A stretch of 64,000 nucleotides of DNA, taken from Trichoplax adhaerens (taxonomy: Eukaryota; Animalia; Placozoa). Under the pieces are notes generated by a model, which did no database searches, was not told the origin of the DNA, and saw nothing but the letters and a program-made list of their open reading frames with translations. The position numbers and the translations under genes were made by a program. Positions 27,614 through 39,445 of the stretch are shown here, in pieces. Location of the stretch: positions 189,614-253,613 of the forward strand of contig NW_002060944.1 in NCBI RefSeq assembly GCF_000150275.1, in the 5' to 3' direction. Numbering within the stretch: position 1 is the first letter of the stretch; the number at the start of each line of letters is the position of its first letter.

Positions 27614-28194
27614 ATGAATTCCTTCCGGAAAAATGAAACATCTATAAATTATGGTGTACTCGTGGGAGTGCCAATAAGAGAATTCGAGAGAGGATTTCAT
27701 CCACATGTTTAGATATATCTTAATACTGGAAAAGGCAAGTGCAACCCAAATATTGACAAAGAGGATTGTTATAAAGTAGCCGTCAATGTGCAGGGCTATA
27801 ATAGCAAAAATGTTTTCTTCGCTTATAAGGAAAACTTTCAAGCCTCATTTTTGCAACAATTAAAATACTTCTCGGCAGTTCAATATGAACAGGAGCCTAG
27901 AGCAAACTCTGCTGCTATTGACTATGTAAGGGAGGATTTAAGAAGAAAGCAGACTTTAAAATGAAAACAGAAAAGAACTATCAGACCATCTTCATGGCAT
28001 TGTATATGATATGATAGCCGTATATGAAAAAATTCCTAACTTAAAAAAATTTTTGTATGGGATCACTGTTTGCTGGTGGAATACACGATATCTATTTGAA
28101 TCAAGGAGAATCACGATTTAGGAATAAGTAATATCAAAATGGCACTTTAATTTTCTATGATGCCAGTAAAATGCAATATAATGGTGCGTTCTTC
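27614..28194 (+). pseudogene. YukJ/DUF2278-like pseudogene, copy 4
   Basis: MNSFRKNETSINYGVLVGVPIREFERGFHPHV* (TAG 27710), then CYKVAVNVQGY..AIDYV, several frameshifts, GGIHDIYLNQGESR. The 3' end is deleted and fused directly to block C. Confidence 0.92.
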
Positions 28195-28499
28195 GTAAAT
28201 TTATATCTGATTATCTTCCCTGTTCGCATCCTTAACTTAAATTACAGTAAGCATCATGGAAAAGGATTAATAGCTTTAAAATTGGACTAGAAATTACAAA
28301 TTTTCTCTGAATTGCTTTTACTGAATATTTTTTATCATTACATTTAGCTTTGACATTGATTAGACGAAATCCTATCTTTAATTCTACTGATTTCTTCCGA
28401 ATTATAATATTTAGGGAAAATTAATGATATCTATTTATAAGATTTATTGTAAAATTGGCTTTGGCTACGTACAATTATTAATGAGGCATTACTTTTTCT

Positions 28500-29670
28500 C
28501 TTTCATTGATTTCGAAAATTTTAGCACTTTTAATACATCATTTACTTGCTGTTATATTTTGAGATATTTTTCAAATGCGTATAAAGTATCTCGATATTTT
28601 CCTTGATCTTCGTGAATATTGCCCATACTATTATATGAATTAGCGACATTGAGGTGATCCATTCCAAACAATTTAGAACGAATATTGACACATTTTGGTG
28701 CATTGATATGGCATTTTCCCATTTACGGTGACGATAGTGGACTACGGTAATATTGCTGTATGAAGTAGCAGCCTCTACATACTATTCGCCTAGTCGTGAC
28801 CTGATTACGATAAATGAGTCCGAGAATGCTATGCAAAGATGCGACATCGGTATTATTCGACCCCAGTGACTTTAATAAGTCCTTAAATTTCTTTGGTACA
28901 TAGAAATAGCTTCTGTAATTTTCCGCTGATAATAATATATCAATCCAATATTATAATTTATCTAGTTTAATATTGAGCGACTTTTAATATAGATAAGCCA
29001 TCTTCATATCGAGATCGGTAAGTGTAAATTAATTAATTCTGTATTTCATATCAGTAGGCCACATGTAAGTTTTTGACCCCCAGTATTTAGGATCGAGTAT
29101 ATAATGATTTACGGCCAATTACTTCAGCATTTTCAAATTGACATTGCTTTAGGTAAAGATATCCAATATCCTTATAGGACTTTGCAACATCTAAATTAGC
29201 CTCATGTTACGATTTCCAAATTTTGTAACAAGTACTAGATCTGCACTCAGCAAGGAGACCCAGTAATTAAGTTGAAGAACTAACTTTATTGTTAAAATGA
29301 AGAGTTTATATACTTTCTTTATTGTGACCTTTGATCTACTAACGTAGATCACAAGATCATCACTAACAGAAAGGTTTCCCTAGTTTAGTCATTACAAATA
29401 GACTATCATGCCAAGTATGGCAACATGAGAATACATATATAGATAAGCTTAATATAGTACCATAACTACATCTATATACGCATGACGTGATAATAACATC
29501 GTGATATTTAACCATATATAGAAAGAAGGTAACATACTAATTATGTAACTATTACAGAACGTGGCACCTCAACAAAGATGGCTTGTTGAATCTTTAAAGC
29601 TTTAATCTACGTTTGTAAAGAATCCTCATATTTGCACTGATGGCAATAAACTAGGCCAATATCATTATTT
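28500..29670 (-). pseudogene. Decayed tetratricopeptide-repeat gene (kinesin-light-chain/NPHP3-type 42-aa TPRs)
   Basis: Fragments with stops and frameshifts: NDIGLVYCHQCKYEDSLQT*IKALKIQ (~29670-29585), NLDVAKSYKDIGYLYLKQCQFENA (~29195-29125), NIGLIYYYQRKITEAISMYQ, LGSNNTDVASLHSILGLIYRNQ, LFGMDHLNVANSYNSMGNIHEDQGKY (~28675-28595). Confidence 0.75.
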
Positions 29671-29799
29671 CAAATTAAAATATTCCTCTTGTGATGTTTT
29701 TTGAGGTAATCGTATAAATGAAACAAATTTCAGGAATAAAATGATAACCATACTATGTCGAATATAATTATCATGTAATATGGCTAAACTTAATTCCCA

Positions 29800-30632
29800 A
29801 CAGAGTTGGTAAAAGCGGCTGCCATAAAGTGGTAATACATTAAGATCTTACTGTATGGGAAGAGATGGTAGTTACGATTACTGGTAAAGATATTCTGGAA
29901 AAGTCAGTTGAACAATCTGTTCTTAATTATATGTAAAAAGATCAGTTTGCATACCAAATAGTGAATGAGAAAATTAATAACTAATATTGCAGCGTATATT
30001 TACTTTTACATTTAAATGTTGCCAAGAGTCCAAAGTTACAGTTTAAAAATAGAATGAATTTCCAATTCGCTATGTGAAGTTACCAGTAGTAAGAAAAATA
30101 ATCCATGCAATCATGAACATAATTACGTCTTTGAGTGAGAGAAATGCCCATGTCAATATAGCGTTTTTCAATAATGCAGAGAAAGCCGAATAGTCTAGCG
30201 ACAGGATAGTAAGTAATCTATCATCTATGATCTGGATCGTAATCATTAGTGGTCTTGGATTACTTTGAAAAGAAGTGATTTGTGACAGTATATGCCTTTG
30301 GGAAGAGAAATAGTGATGCTCAAATTATCGAATAACGGGCTAACACCGGGATGAAAACATAAATTCACCAAAATTACAATTTAGCATAAATACGCTAAGT
30401 GCGATCATTAACATTTTAATGCAAAACTAGGTGAGAAAAAAACTGTTAAGGGTAATTGTAATGAAGCCATTCCTGTCGTGTAAAAGGATTGCAATAGTCT
30501 TGTTTTATATAATTCATTAAGGTGAAATATCCAATTTTTTGTTAGGGTTAGGGTTATAAAATGTTTTAATATTGGAATTGAGAATAAAATTGTTTTCCAA
30601 GAAATATTTAAATATTTCCCATACATTGTCAT
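29800..30632 (-). pseudogene. Possible decayed rhodopsin-class GPCR relic
   Basis: Broken-frame segments in the expected order: LFGFLCIIEKRYIDM (TM3/DRY-like, ~30195-30150), VIMFMIAWIIF (TM4-like, ~30125-30095), LPVIVTT..YSKILMY (TM5-like, ~29890-29835). No NPxxY found. Confidence 0.3.
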
Positions 30633-32096
30633 GCATTTTTAGCTTGATAGTTTGATATTAAAAGCGTAACACATTCTAGAGCATTACTATACGCTCTCGC
30701 ATATTGCAAGTGTCACTATCAGGTATTTTTATTACATTAAATTCCTCATAGAGCTTATAAATTAGCTCAGTTTACATACAGAACACAAAAGAGGAAGAGA
30801 GCAGACTGCTAGCGTATTAGTCATGTTATGTTTACACTAGTTGTATCCCTGCTGAGAAAGATTTTTGCGTCTATTTGCTGTAGATAGAATTCAACTGTGT
30901 ACGCAAATACTTTTAGTTTCTTACAAATGGAAGCGTTGAGTCATTTCAGTCAAGCACAAGGTAACTATATGTTCATAAGTACGGATACAGGAATAGATTT
31001 AATGAAGTAGATTATTTTTGAGCTTTGACATCTAGCAAATTTTTATTTATATCCGAATTCAGTACTAATGAAAATTCTTTAATGTAGTAATATATTTGGC
31101 TGAGCGATGATATTTTTCATACAGACTAATCAATCTAATGTTCACATAGTTACAAAATGCTGATGATGTATCGTACTTTCTCAATTATAATCTAATTATT
31201 TAATTACATGCAAACATAACTTCAAGAAAGTAACAAATGAGGCCTTCTGTACTTTTTAAAACTCTATGCCCTATAAAGCATAATTTCTAACGTCCAAACG
31301 GATAGTCTCTATGCAGTGAATAGCATCCGCTTATGGTACTACTTTTTCCCTAATCGATATATTAATGTTAAAAATTTGATACTACTAGTCCTTAAAGAAA
31401 TAGTTTACTTATTTTCAAATAAACAGTAACGTACTTCTAACAGTCATGCAGAAATATGTATTTCAAGTCCGATAGCATTAAGATTTATTGGGAGGTTGTA
31501 ATTGATTTATGATTGATCATGTGAGTGCGATAGCTATAACAAAATATATTCTACTAACTCTGCTCGATGTTTACACAACACAAAATATTTTATACTAACA
31601 GATTTTATTACCGATTCACGAACGATTTGAGATTCTAAGTAATTATATAACAAGAGTTCTGATTAAAAAGGAAAAATTTTTTATAGTAATCGCCTTTCAT
31701 AGAAAAGAATGACCAAGAACAAACATAACAAACAGAAAAATGCTGCGCTTAATTACGCTACCTAACTTATTTACAACATAATAATTGTGAAATAGATCCT
31801 TTAAACTCACAGAATTTTTAGTGTGCAAACCAAACTCTATGATTAGGATTACTCTCTATGAAGCTGAAGTCAGCATACTTGCATTATCATGAAGCGTTAC
31901 TTCTATGTAAAATACCTAATATTATCAATAGCGATTGACAAGATAGTCTTTCATTCGATATTATTTTTTTAAGTTCTTTTTGATTTGTTTCTATATAATA
32001 TGTTGACAGCAATAAGTTATGTAACAGCTTCATCACAGTAATAATGGAGGGAAAGTAGTACTTCCTATAAAACCGAACCTAATTGAGGGGAAAATT

Positions 32097-32164
32097 TCCA
32101 CTTTTTTAAGTTTCGTCACAATCTGACTGATCCACTTTTTTAAGTTTCATCACAATCTGACTGA
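32097..32164. repeat. 34-bp tandem duplication
   Basis: tccacttttttaagtttc(g/a)tcacaatctgactga twice, one mismatch. Confidence 0.9.
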
Positions 32165-35100
32165 AGTAATGAAGAGAAATAGAAAAGTGTAAATCAAACT
32201 GTCATAGCCAACCAAACTTCAAAAGAGTGTCGATAAGACTACTCTCATTGGAAGCTTCTTATTATAACCTTTTACTTGCTTAACATCATGACTACTAATC
32301 TAACAAACTGCATCATCTATTGTATGCTATACAGAACAGTCGGTAGCATCAAAACTACAGTATTCTAAATTCAACTAAAAATTAAGGACACATGTGTATT
32401 TTAGAAAGATTTTACCCTAGATTCCCAGACCATTGCTAAATTAATAGAATAATCATAACTTAGCTATAAACAAGTATGATATTATTAGTATTACAGCATA
32501 TAATAAAAACTAAAACAGAACTGATATAATTAGATAGCCATACGGTGTAACTATCAATAACTATGATAACATCAGTTTTACAGTGTATAATGAAAAGCTA
32601 AGACAGAATCGCGTTGATTCGATAATCATAAAGTAACTATAAATAAGTACGTTAATATCAGCAATACAGCTTATACTAAAAAATAAGACAAAATAAAATT
32701 GATAAGATATCATAATTTAAACATAAATAAGTACACCATCATCAGTAATGCAGCGTATAAAAAAAAGGCGGAACAGTATTCACGAATTAAAGTTTAACTA
32801 AAACAATTTGATTCACGTTATACTGTATGAAAAAATAACATAATCTATTAAGCCAGTTCCGGTACAGTAATTTAAAGAGAATTATAAACATATAAATTTA
32901 AACTTTGCCTAGGAAGTTATGAAGGAATACTTAAAAATTATCTAGAAACTTCTAATCATCATTTTGAAAAGCAGCACTTAATGGATTACATCATGACAGC
33001 TTAAATGCTATGTTTTGCGTTGAAAGAAAGATTTTTAAATAAGCAACTTCTAGCTAAGTTATTGGCTTGTCCTAAATGATACTTCGGTAGTTATAGCTTA
33101 AAACAATAAACTGTCATCATTGGATCAGAGCTAATTATAGACATAAAATTATTAAAATATCTAACTTTGAATTTCAACTCAAGTTAAGTTTACGTGTAAG
33201 CAGGAGTTGATTATAACTCTTAACATCAACGTTACAAAAATCTCTTAAAAGAATTACAGAATAGAATGAAGGGTAGAACTATTACTTTAAAGAACAAAAA
33301 TATCTAAAAAAGAGATTACTCGCGATTTTAGGAGTATCCTATTTATTACCTTCTGATTTCGTTAACCTGTACCATGTAATTACTGAACAAGAGCACCTTT
33401 TATATGCTAACTTAAACAGTTTGTGATATCAGATTATCAATTTATCACCCTAAAGCATTCTAAATTAAACGCGCTATTAATGGCAAATGATATGATAAAT
33501 TCTACCTTAGATTCTCGATATTGCTAATTTAATAATAATCATAGTTTAGCAATAAACTATATCCCTCTACAGTAATGGAATAGAACTAAAAAAACTACTT
33601 AGATACACTAGCAAGCTTAAATTAGAACCTAGGCTAAAACGTATGGGTTTACTCTATGCTCAAGAGCACGATAACATTACTTCTACAGTATTTTATGATC
33701 AAGATTAGCTATCAGTTTAGCATAAACGTATAATAATAAGTTCTTAAAGAGATCTAGTAAACCATGTGATCCAGCATCGGATAGATTAGCATATCATGAT
33801 AATTGTTATTTTAATGATAGTGATGATTATTGTTATTAATTAAGCTTGAATTGTTATTTATTTTAATGTTTATCTTCCGGCCCTCTCTATTCCTTTACCT
33901 ATTCTTTCCATCTTGCAATCGATGAGTTCGCGTCGCTAACCTCCGTTACTATAGTAATCATTCAAGATGCTGACCCTTGTAGCTTATGCCAGCCACTGTT
34001 TTCAACCTCATCTACTTTAGTAAGCTAACGACACTGCTCTGCTTATAACATTAAGTGGATGAAAATGAAGGCTATGAGATAGAAGCTAAGAAAAGCGGTT
34101 AGAGAGTATCTAGTTGGTGACATTGCCGTTCGATTGCCTTATTTAGTATTGACATTTAACAAACAAAGAATCTAACACTAATTACTATACATTAGATTAA
34201 TTTAATTCTTCTTCTCGATAAGCCATTAGAATATTCTACTCGTTAAGTTAACAGCGAATTAAATTTCAACTTCAATTTTAATTGGCCAAGGGCGAAAAAT
34301 TAATATTTCCCGTAAGTTAAGAGCTCATTCTTGTTGTGATTCAAAAGTAAGTGATGGTAAATTTAAACTAGAAATGCATCAACGATCTATTTATAATCTT
34401 CACCATGCTGCATGATAGTTTGCTGTTATCGAACTATACCAGCTATTAACGTTCTCCCTACAATTTATTCATAGACTGCGACTACAATAATTGCTAAATA
34501 TCCAGTTTATTACTATGTTGCAGTTTGATAAGATGGGGAAACTAAAAATAGCCTGACATATTGGTCGATCTATTGTTACTAAAACTACCATTAGATTGAG
34601 GACGAATTGTAATATTGTTTTAAATTCTTGTCCCTATAAACACTTGTCGTTAAATTTAATTCTTCGACTATAGGCTACGTAAAGTTTATGCGCCTGCATT
34701 TATGATCAAGATAATCCTTTCTGAATCATCTCTGCCAATAGTCCATCTTCAATATTAAGCATGTCCATTCAATTTAAATCCTCATTCTATTGTCCTTGTT
34801 AATGTCTCTAATCGCTACCTTTTCATATTCTCAGCTGGAAAAATTGTAATACTATTACTTCCATTTCTTCTTCTACCAGAATGATTTTTATTATTCATTC
34901 TTCTTTTAATTTTTTTAGTGCATAATTGCTATTGAAACTATCCATAACTTTTAATTGGAAGTAATTGATTCCTAGAAATGCTTCTATGCTTCAGATTTAA
35001 TTGTACTACATGTATATATTCACGATCACTTCAGATCTTGAAAATCAAGAAATACTCCCTCCTTCTCCCGTCTCCTGTAGTTCTATTTTAAATGGCCAAA

Positions 35101-35579
35101 TTTGAATAAAACAAATTGCATAGTGTAAAAGTTATAGCGTTAGCAGAAATCATGATTGAACAAACATAACTGAAATTTCATTAAAGCATCAATCTATAAA
35201 CCACGACTATTTCTAGACAATAACAAGCATTAGCTAGTTTGTCAATTTATTGATAGTGATTCCGATTTCCTTGATAAAATGAATCCTACATAGCATTATG
35301 GATAATTAGCGTTAAAAAATGCTTTATAGCGATGAAAATAGCCCAATCCGACTCTAATAATAAACGATAGGCATGATTCGAGGAATAAACAATTTAAACA
35401 ACAAGATTAAGCTCTTGATACGATCCTAACTAATGTGCAGTAAACCGTTATGAACTGTAATATAGACTTGTGGTATCTGATTTGAAATAACATCAAAGCT
35501 TTAGGTTATCCTTTACATGATGTTAAATAGCTCATCTTTTAATTGAAAATAGAGTACTGCAGCCTATCCACAGTGGAGC

Positions 35580-38500
35580 ATGTCGCTAAATAATACACTA
35601 ATCGAGCCAGGATCATACACTAGTGATGATGAATTAACAACGGCAGAAGAAAGGGCTAGGTTAAAAGCCGTCTTGGAAGAAGTCAGTGTTGTTCATGCAG
35701 GTTTTCTTGATGTTCGCGAGTTAAAAACAGTTTGCGAGCATATCGGAATTGAAAATCTAAGTGAAGAGGTATTTCTACTTATTTCGTTATTTTATATGAA
35801 TCATTTCTATTCATCGCTGCTAGAATCTCTATCTTCTATTAAATCGTTAAAGATTATAGGAGATAATCCGAGATTGCATTGTAAAGTTGACTTGCTATTT
35901 ATTAATTCCAATATTTTCAAATACTTCTCAACTCCTAGGAGTTATCCTTTCTGTTCGAAGAACTAGATGTAAATAAAGATGGCAAACTTAGTTTTGACGA
36001 ATTTTTAAATGGTTTATCCAAAATGAAAGAGTTTAGCGCCTCTGCTGCTAATACGCCTCCGAGATCTTTACCCGGAACTCCGCCACAATCACTACGTCTA
36101 TCGGCATCGTTCAAGGTCTCTTCTTTTTAGATTAGTGTTCTCCATTTTAAGACATCGACTACACTAAAAGTGCAAAATTTAATAGAAGAAAACTATATAT
36201 TTAGCAATTATTCACTACGATTTTGTAATAAACAATTTTTGCAGAGAAGTACTTCAAATAATCGTAGTGGATATGAGGTTACTTCACCAACCAGCAGAAT
36301 ACGAACTCCTTCTTCAGTTAATCAAAACGCTAATCTATTCACTTCGTTAGATCCTAATCACAGTGGGTTAGTCTATGCTTGTATTATAAAATTAAACGTA
36401 AAATTGCAATCATAACTAAAAAGGTGTATTCTTTTAGTTTCAATTTATGATCATCAACATAAAATATATGTTGTAGTTTTGTTGCAGCTGAAGCTATTAG
36501 TGAACTCTTGTCGCTGCAAGGATTAGCTCATGTACAAGATATTATTCAGGTTTAAGACATTTAAATGAATCTTTATGATCTCTTTAAGCGAAAAAATTTA
36601 ATTGTCTTTTAAAAATTATGAATATTAGAGTCTACAAAATGATACCAATAATAAAATTAGTATCCGGCAACTATCCGAAACGTTAGAACATATTATTCTT
36701 GAAATAAGTCAAGACCCACGTTAGTTTTAACCAACATGTGCCTTCATATCGATCTATTTTATTTATCTTATGTATTTGTTACGTAAAGAAGTAAATTGAT
36801 AAGACAGTAATAAGAATTCAGCTATTAACTATGAAATAATTTTAATCTTTCTTTTTTCTATAGCTGTTACACAAGCTATTTTAAGTGTGTATAAAAATGA
36901 AGTTGGATTCCTGAGGTTGGCTAAAGGCTCAATTTAATGATAACATAAGATGGACTAGTGACATATAATCATTTGCATATCATTCCGGGCTATATTTTGA
37001 TCGAAATAGATTTTTATATTTTGATATTATAAAGTCACTAAAGAAATTTAGAGGCAGCTTATAATTGTCTTGATCAAATATTCCTAGATCTGCCATTGAA
37101 CAACACAAAACCGAAAAAGAACGACTCAAGAGTGATTTAGCCAGGACTACTAAAGAACAGACTCTGTCTATTCGTCAATCAGAAGAAAGGAACGTTGATC
37201 AAGATCGAACCTATCACAATTTAAAGTCCGTCGTATAGTTGATATACTTATTACAAAATTTTCATCTGATAAATAATTGCCAGTCCAATCTTTATAAAAA
37301 TTAAAATTAATTTTCAACCTTTTAATTAATAGAAATTCCGAAAGGGACCAACGGACCACCAAACAGATCCCAAAAATGGAATATTCTAATGGCCAACAGA
37401 AATATGAAGAACAAAAATTGAAAGATGAATTAGCTAACTCGGAAGAGGTAAAGAACCGAATATTTTAATCCTAGTTACAATCTCGAAATATTAAAAATGA
37501 TAAAGATTCCATCCTCAACAAATCAAATAATTCAATCTTTTAGTCTTATGCTTAGATGAATAAATAATAGCGTCTAATTACCTCTCTCTTAGTATTTCTT
37601 TTGTAAGATTATTAATAGCTAGACTAGGCGCTTGAAAATCAATAAACCAGCACGGTATAACATCTAGTCTTGAGTTTGAATAAAAACGAGTGACTAGTAT
37701 CAAAATATTAATTTTTTTCTACTAGATACTAGTAATTTGATCAGATCATTTCATTTCATAATCGAGAGGAATAATGATATATCATTTTAGTCATGAGTTA
37801 ATCCAGTAAGCAGGATTATTAAATTACCCTCTCTCTTCTTCTAAGCAGTCGCTGAAAGTTTAGTTAGATGTTTCAAAATTGATAAACGAGCATAACAGCC
37901 TTCAACCTTGAATTAAATGATTGTGTAAAATTAAATCATACCTCTCTTCTTTCTAAATAATTGCCTAACTGAACAAATTCTATCGCGAAAGAAACATATT
38001 AATTCTTATTTTTGTGATAACCTAGTTGGTAAAATTAAATCATTTTTTTCTCATTTTTAAAGGAAACTATTTAATTAGAATGTTCTGTCGATAAAAGGCA
38101 ATAAATAATTTTTAGTCTAGAATTAAACAAGTCAGAAATATCAGATTACCCTTCCTTTTATACACGTAAACTTGGTGCCTTGATAAGAATACCGATAGTT
38201 TAATTAGACGATTTATGCCCTCGCCATACACAATTTTTTGTTGGAGGATAATTGTAACTACTTCTCAATCCTAATTCAAGTCTAACTTTTATATAAAATA
38301 GTATTTCCTTTCATCCTATCTATTATAGGAAAAGAATCATTTAAGTGCTGAATTAGCATCAACGCATAGGAGATTAGTCGATGCTCAGCGTAATGTCGTC
38401 CGATTAACCAAGGAATTAAATTCAGCGTCGGAATTATCCCTTCAGGTATGTTAAGGAGAATAATGACAAGACAAAATATCGCCGTGCTCATGTTCTCCAT

Positions 38501-38772
38501 CACCTATATACTTGCATCATCAATAAGTTTTATTAGTTTTAACGCCATTACTTTATCGCTAATTTACTTCTATATTATTTCCTTTCCTCGTCTTTTAGCT
38601 GACCAAATCTAATGGGCAACATCAAGATTTTAATAAACAACAGAGTACCAAGAAAGAATTACAAGAATTAAAGTACGAAAATCGTGAATTACGTGATCAA
38701 GTCCAAAAATTAACTACACGCTGCAATAAGTATCAGGATGAAATTGCTCAGTTAATTGAATTAGTTAGCTAG
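35580..38772 (+). CDS. Ninein / ninein-like EF-hand plus coiled-coil protein, short form (9 exons, 376 aa as modelled)
   Basis: Exons 35580-35768, 35939-36115, 36245-36366, 36477-36549, 36629-36719, 36864-36915, 37088-37225, 37333-37447 and 38599-38772 join in frame. EF-hand DVNKDGKLSFDEF. LFTSLDPNHSGFV..QGLAHVQDIIQSL..KISIRQLSETLE..QAILSVYKNEVGFLRSAIEQ..EKERLKSDLAR matches the NIN/NINL region preceding the coiled coil. Confidence 0.72.
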
Positions 38773-38877
38773 TTAAAACTGAGATTGCGACACAAGAAGA
38801 TAGTATAAAATAGGTAATCTTTTCCTCATTCATTGTTTCTGTGCTGATATAATCGGTACTAGTCTACTTTTTATCCT

Positions 38878-39445
38878 ACAGACAATTTTTTGATCAACAT
38901 GAATAATCTACCTAAACAGTTAGCTATCTTAGCTCGCTACTGCTCATCTAGCTGATCACTGGTTTACTTTTTACGTTACAGACAACTTTATGACCAACGC
39001 ATATAATTAATCTACCTAAACAGTTAGCTATCTTAGCTCAATTCACTACCACTCATCTAATCAATCATTTGGCTGCTTTTTACATGTGTATAATCCTTTC
39101 TATAGAGATTGCTTTCAATCAGTTGATGAATAAATTAGTTAACATTTTCAATAATAACAATATCTCAGTACCTTTTGTGGAAAATCCATTAATAAACATA
39201 GCAATTGTATATTAATGTTCCATAAACAGTCGTAATAGTCATTAAATAAACTTAATTGTACATCTTAGCCTATGTACCTTCTAAAGCTGTTACTATTAGT
39301 ACATTTTACTGCTTTATACTTTTTTAACACTCTATATTGGGAATAACCACTTTAATAGAAATATTCTCAATCATTTGATGAATAAACTAGTCACCACTTT
39401 CAATAACAGCAACATGTCAATAATACCTGTGGAAAAGCTGTTAAT
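38878..39445. repeat. Two local duplications downstream of the NINL-like gene
   Basis: About 100-bp tandem pair sharing taatctacctaaacagttagctatcttagctc (38878-39085); about 80-bp pair caatca.ttgatgaataaa.tagt..tgtggaaaa (near 39115 and 39367). Confidence 0.8.

Larger units (their letters stand above)
22860..28365 (+). repeat. Tandem segmental duplications carrying the DUF2278 copies
   Basis: Shared blocks: promoter tatcactgcaatc.caataaatgccga (22864, 27301); downstream block A (about 23940-24100, 25650-25810, 27120-27270; also about 18330-18530); block B (about 24330-24820 vs 26355-26870); block C ctgattatctt..gcatccttaa..ggaaaaggattaatagctttaaaattgga (about 24826-24990 vs 28207-28365). Confidence 0.85.

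Noticed and set aside
30541-30556. gttagggttagggtta telomere-like tract
   Set aside because: Only about 2.5 TTAGGG units; too short to call an interstitial telomere.
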